This document shows positions 6,494 to 10,020 of a stretch of DNA of 10,020 bases, in pieces. Location of the stretch: the NCBI GenBank assembly GCA_051382335.1, contig JBBCAX010000383.1:1-10020 (forward strand). Reading direction: 5' to 3'. Position numbers and translations under genes: made by a program. The notes under the pieces were generated by a model. The model made no database searches. It had not been told where the DNA came from and was given only the letters and a program-made list of their open reading frames with translations. This DNA is from Deltaproteobacteria bacterium TL4 (GTDB lineage Bacteria; SAR324; NAC60-12). Within the stretch, counting starts at the first letter, position 1. Every line of letters begins with the position of its first letter.

Positions 6494-9400
6494 GGAGATA
6501 TGACCAAAGATGTTTCCACCTGGAGTCACTTTGACGCGCAGGAATATTGGAACAACGGAGGTATTGGCTTGGAAGTGGTCACTTCCGACGGGTTGCAGGG
6601 GGTTTCTATTGAGGAAGGGGGTCAGGAGCGGCTGACGTTTCGGTTGAAGGTGGCGCATACGGGGGAGCTTAAGTTGAAGCTGAGGTTTAATTATGAGGGG
6701 ACGGCGGAAGAGGATCGGGTATTTGCGTTTTATTATGAAACTTTAGGGGCTGATGGCAGTAGGGTACAGCATTATGAGTCTGAGCTTGAGGTGATTTTTC
6801 CGGCTACTGAGGCGGATGGCTCGGATCAGGGGGGTTCTCTGGAACAGCGGATTTTGGTTTATGTCAAGAGTGATGATGATCGGTCGTTTTTATCGGCTTT
6901 TGAGCAAACGAAGCTGCAATTCGCGCTGATTCAGGCGGGGGCAACGACACCAGATCAGTTTCAGGCTTTGAATTTTGAGCTTGTGTCTCAGGAGACGGAT
7001 GTGTCCATGACTGGACCGGAAATGATGGCGGAAGATCAGGCAAAATGGGGAGCATCTTCGACGGATATTCAGAATTTGTATCGGGAGGCTTCCAACGCTT
7101 ATTATTTGAGCGCATATAGTCAAATCAGCAATCCATTGGATTTGACCTCGGCAACCAATGATCGTCTGAAAGGGTTTGAAAAAGAACAGGAAGCTTATCT
7201 TCTTCAGGAAAAACTGGCCAAGGAAAACTATGTTGTGGGGAATACTTTGAACAACATTATTTTTGCGGGCGATGGGGCTGATATTTTGAAGGGGAATGGA
7301 GGCGATGATCGTCTTTTTGGAGAAAGGGGTGATGATGTTTTGGATGGGGGTGAGGGCAATGATACGCTGATTGGTGGTCTGGGCAACGATTTACAGCGGG
7401 GTGGTCAGGGTGATGATCAGTACATTTATGGAGGTGGACTCGACATCATCCAGGAATTGCAGGGGGAAGGCACGGATCAGGTTCTGATCGACGAGCTTGA
7501 GTTGAGTGAAGTGACGCTGGGAGTTTTTGAGGAGCAACTGCTGGTCAAACTCAATGAGCAAAACCAATTGCTGATCAGTTGCCATGTGGAAACCGTGGTG
7601 TTTAAAGACCGGACGCTTCAGCTTGGCGATGTGCTTCAATATCCTGAAAAATACAACGCGCTTCTTTTAACCAGCGATCCGTCTTTAGAATGGTCTCAAC
7701 GAGAAATAATCGGAACACAGGGTGACGATATCCTTGACGCCTTTGATCCTGGAAATGTTGGCGCGTCTCAGTACACCTCTCAACAGAGCCAAAAAAATAA
7801 CAGCATTTATGGGTTGGGAGGCAATGATATTCTCAAAGGACAGTTTCGGGATGATACCCTGAATGGCGGTCAGGGGGATGATACGCTGTATGGAAATTTT
7901 GGCAACGACACGCTGATCGGCGGTGAAGGTGATGACAAACTGGATGGTGGTTGGGACAACGACGAACTGTCTGGGGAACAAGGCAATGACCAACTGGCGG
8001 GGGGAACTGGACATAACCGGTTCTATTTCAAACCAGGCGACGGCAAGGATACGCTTGAGGTTTTTCAAGGCGGAGGGGCGTTCGCCGCAAGTCATCAACT
8101 GATTTTGGATGAACTGGTTTTTGAGGCGGAGATTGACAAAAACAGCCTGCGTCTCAGTCGGGAGATTGATTCGTTGCAAATTTTTTACAGCGTGGATGAT
8201 TCGGTCATTTTGCGGGATTGGTTTTTACAGGATGACGAACACAGAAATCAACAACTGACCTTTGCCGATGGCAGTCATTGGAACCTTCCCGCACCTGATG
8301 CTATTCTCTTTGGCTCTATGGTTAAGGCGGATCAACTGGTGTTTGCCTCAAGTGAGGTTCATCTGCTTCACGCGATAGAAAACGCCGCTGTGACTCAAGG
8401 CACAGCACAAACCGATCTGATTTATGGACATCAAAAGAGTGAACGTTTGGTTGGCGGTCAGGGAGATGACAAACTCTATGGCCAAGACGGAGATGACCTT
8501 CTGCAAGGCGGGGAAGGCGCTGATTATCTGGTTGGAGGAAAAGGCAAAGACCTGCTTGAAGGGGGACTGGGGCATGACAGCTATCTGATTCAGTTGGATG
8601 AAGGCCATGACAAAATTATTGAGGCGGGTGGAACGGATACTTTGGTCTTTGGAGCGGGGATTGATCCCAAGACCATCATCCTCAAACGCTTTGTGGAGGG
8701 ATTGAAAATAGCGATGCCTTTGGGGGGTAATCAGTACCAAACGGTGCAGGTCCTGGATTGGGAAAACCCTGAACATAAAATTGAACGCTTTAATTTCGCC
8801 AATGGCGTGTCCTGGGATTTGAGCACGATTGAAAGCAAAGCGGGAGATTTTTTTGGTAAGACCTTGGCAGGTACCGCTGGCTCAACCGGCGATCCTTGGG
8901 AATCGTCTTTCGATGGGGCGATGTTTGAACATTCGTTGATCGGGGATTTTGTTAGTATACAAAGCAAGGATGGGTCGTTGGTGTTGCAGAAACGGCAGGA
9001 GTATTTGGCGGATCGAAGGGAAATTTTTAATACCCGAATTGCGTTTAAGTTTGATGGGCATACGCTTGAAATCGGGGCGGATGGGGTGGTTATTCTGGAT
9101 GGTGTTTCAAAGGTCGGGCACGTAGTCCCGACCTACCAAGACCTGGTTGCTATGGAACCAGGGAAAAACGGTCCTGTGTACACCATTACCACGTCTCAGG
9201 GGGATGTGTTGAAAGTGGTCGCTCAGGGAGTTGGGCTGGATTATACCTTTACAGCCTCAGAAAGTCGAGAGCCCGCTTCGTTTGAGGGTTTGAGCGGATC
9301 GCCGGATGGAGACGCGGCCAACGACTGGCTGACGCGGGACGGATCGAAGGTCACCGACTTGCTGGGGTTTGCTCAGGATTGGAAAGTTCGGGCTGAAGAA

Positions 9401-10020
9401 AGCCTCTTGACGTTCTGGAAAGAAGGGATCGAACTGAATTTGAAAAGTTATTTGGTAAGTGTTTTTGAAGAGTTGCGCGGGCAGTTGGAGGAGCTTAGTT
9501 CTCAGTTGACCGTGGACCGTTCACAGTGGGAGTCTTTGGAGGCGGGAAGTGAGACGTCTGAGTTTGGTGCTATTGAGACGCTTGAAAACGCATCACAAAC
9601 AGGTGTGGGGGAAAGTGAGAGTGTCAGGCTTTATCGGGAAACACTGTCCCAGATTGAAACCTTGTTGGAAAAGGTGCTTCAAGGGTTCAGCGGCACTTCG
9701 CTGGCGGAATTGCGACTGCTTCAGGAGGCTTTGACCAGCCTTCAAAACGAGGTTCAGTTCAGTCGGATTGGAGCGAATTGGTATCATCAACAGGTGGATT
9801 GGTTGAATCTTGAAGCGGAGCGTCAAGGGCTGGAATTGACGTGGTATGAGGGACAACTCATTCCTGGCGGAATTGATGTCAGGCCGGAAGATACTCGGGA
9901 TCGGGAGCGGTTGGTCATTGGGAAAGATCAGAACGAATTGACAGGCACAGACGCCGATGAGTTTTTGCTGGGGGATGAGCGGGACAATTTGCTGCAAGGC
10001 GGCAAGGGGCAGGATCGGTT
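6470..10020 (+). CDS. C-terminal part of the giant RTX Ca-binding-repeat protein (Calx-beta-like, RTX nonapeptide clusters, HCBP-related domains, VWD-like domain); runs off the right edge
   Basis: Frame open from ATG 6470 (also 6479, 6500) to the window end, about 1183 codons by manual translation. Many GGxGxDxLx repeats. HCBP-related motifs SVILRDWF...QLTFADGSHWNL and VQVLDW...IERFNFANGVSWDL. VWD-like GDPWESSFDG...GLSGSPDGDAANDW...FAQDWKV. Confidence 0.92.
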   Translation, partial: MNQMFKVQGDMTKDVSTWSHFDAQEYWNNGGIGLEVVTSDGLQGVSIEEGGQERLTFRLKVAHTGELKLKLRFNYEGTAEEDRVFAFYYETLGADGSRVQHYESELEVIFPATEADGSDQGGSLEQRILVYVKSDDDRSFLSAFEQTKLQFALIQAGATTPDQFQALNFELVSQETDVSMTGPEMMAEDQAKWGASSTDIQNLYREASNAYYLSAYSQISNPLDLTSATNDRLKGFEKEQEAYLLQEKLAKENYVVGNTLNNIIFAGDGADILKGNGGDDRLFGERGDDVLDGGEGNDTLIGGLGNDLQRGGQGDDQYIYGGGLDIIQELQGEGTDQVLIDELELSEVTLGVFEEQLLVKLNEQNQLLISCHVETVVFKDRTLQLGDVLQYPEKYNALLLTSDPSLEWSQREIIGTQGDDILDAFDPGNVGASQYTSQQSQKNNSIYGLGGNDILKGQFRDDTLNGGQGDDTLYGNFGNDTLIGGEGDDKLDGGWDNDELSGEQGNDQLAGGTGHNRFYFKPGDGKDTLEVFQGGGAFAASHQLILDELVFEAEIDKNSLRLSREIDSLQIFYSVDDSVILRDWFLQDDEHRNQQLTFADGSHWNLPAPDAILFGSMVKADQLVFASSEVHLLHAIENAAVTQGTAQTDLIYGHQKSERLVGGQGDDKLYGQDGDDLLQGGEGADYLVGGKGKDLLEGGLGHDSYLIQLDEGHDKIIEAGGTDTLVFGAGIDPKTIILKRFVEGLKIAMPLGGNQYQTVQVLDWENPEHKIERFNFANGVSWDLSTIESKAGDFFGKTLAGTAGSTGDPWESSFDGAMFEHSLIGDFVSIQSKDGSLVLQKRQEYLADRREIFNTRIAFKFDGHTLEIGADGVVILDGVSKVGHVVPTYQDLVAMEPGKNGPVYTITTSQGDVLKVVAQGVGLDYTFTASESREPASFEGLSGSPDGDAANDWLTRDGSKVTDLLGFAQDWKVRAEESLLTFWKEGIELNLKSYLVSVFEELRGQLEELSSQLTVDRSQWESLEAGSETSEFGAIETLENASQTGVGESESVRLYRETLSQIETLLEKVLQGFSGTSLAELRLLQEALTSLQNEVQFSRIGANWYHQQVDWLNLEAERQGLELTWYEGQLIPGGIDVRPEDTRDRERLVIGKDQNELTGTDADEFLLGDERDNLLQGGKGQDR
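7238..7430 (+). repeat. RTX nonapeptide cluster 1
   Basis: AGDGADILK GNGGDDRLF GERGDDVLD GGEGNDTLI GGLGNDLQR GGQGDDQYI. Confidence 0.9.
7712..8030 (+). repeat. RTX nonapeptide cluster 2
   Basis: GLGGNDILK GQFRDDTLN GGQGDDTLY GNFGNDTLI GGEGDDKLD GGWDNDELS GEQGNDQLA GGTGHNRFY. Confidence 0.9.
8399..8590 (+). repeat. RTX nonapeptide cluster 3
   Basis: GGQGDDKLY GQDGDDLLQ GGEGADYLV GGKGKDLLE GGLGHDSYL. Confidence 0.9.
9111..9136 (-). repeat. GTAG-type REP-like palindrome inside the coding sequence
   Basis: Minus strand reads GTAG-GTCGGG-ACTACGTG-CCCGAC-CT, with a perfect 8-bp stem AGGTCGGG/CCCGACCT and an 8-nt loop. Confidence 0.5.
9944..10020 (+). repeat. Start of RTX nonapeptide cluster 4 (truncated by window)
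   Basis: GTDADEFLL GDERDNLLQ GGKGQDR. Confidence 0.8.

Noticed and set aside
6294..6499. Translational bypassing between matched GGA-GAT codons (T4 gene 60-like)
   Set aside because: The stop lies 11 codons after the would-be take-off site, not adjacent to it, and matched codons are expected from a target duplication.
7238..8590. 27-bp periodicity as a CRISPR array or DGR repeat
   Set aside because: The repeats are degenerate at DNA level and encode RTX nonapeptides. No constant repeat with spacers, template/variable repeat pair or reverse transcriptase is seen.
6419..9997. Short track ORFs from 6419 to 9997 (mostly minus strand, plus 9549-9734 on +)
   Set aside because: All overlap the long open RTX frame (6470 to end), which the track missed because it has no stop in the window.

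Overview
Bacterial accessory region with two parts. Left (1-1502): the edge of a probable integrative or plasmid-like element. A CHC2 zinc-finger DnaG-like primase gene (minus strand, running off the left edge, absent from the ORF track) and a small DUF5659-like gene are transcribed divergently from an XRE-family regulator. The AT-rich intergenic region holds a perfect TTGACA-17-TATAAT promoter and repeated operator or dif-like palindromes. Right (1795-10020): a signal-peptide-bearing ankyrin protein gene followed by what appears to be one giant (at least 2398 aa) RTX-type secreted protein gene. It encodes a helical N-terminus with a hydrophobic segment, three degenerate M23/LytM-like repeats, two Calx-beta/Ig-like modules, four RTX Ca-binding clusters and a VWD-like domain with GDPW. 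The gene is split by a 194-bp MITE (6300-6493) with terminal inverted repeats and a 6-bp GGAGAT target duplication. Removing the MITE plus one duplication copy restores the frame and the exact repeat spacing. The downstream half (6470 to the window end) is also absent from the ORF track. Domain calls come from motif recognition by eye, not database searches.
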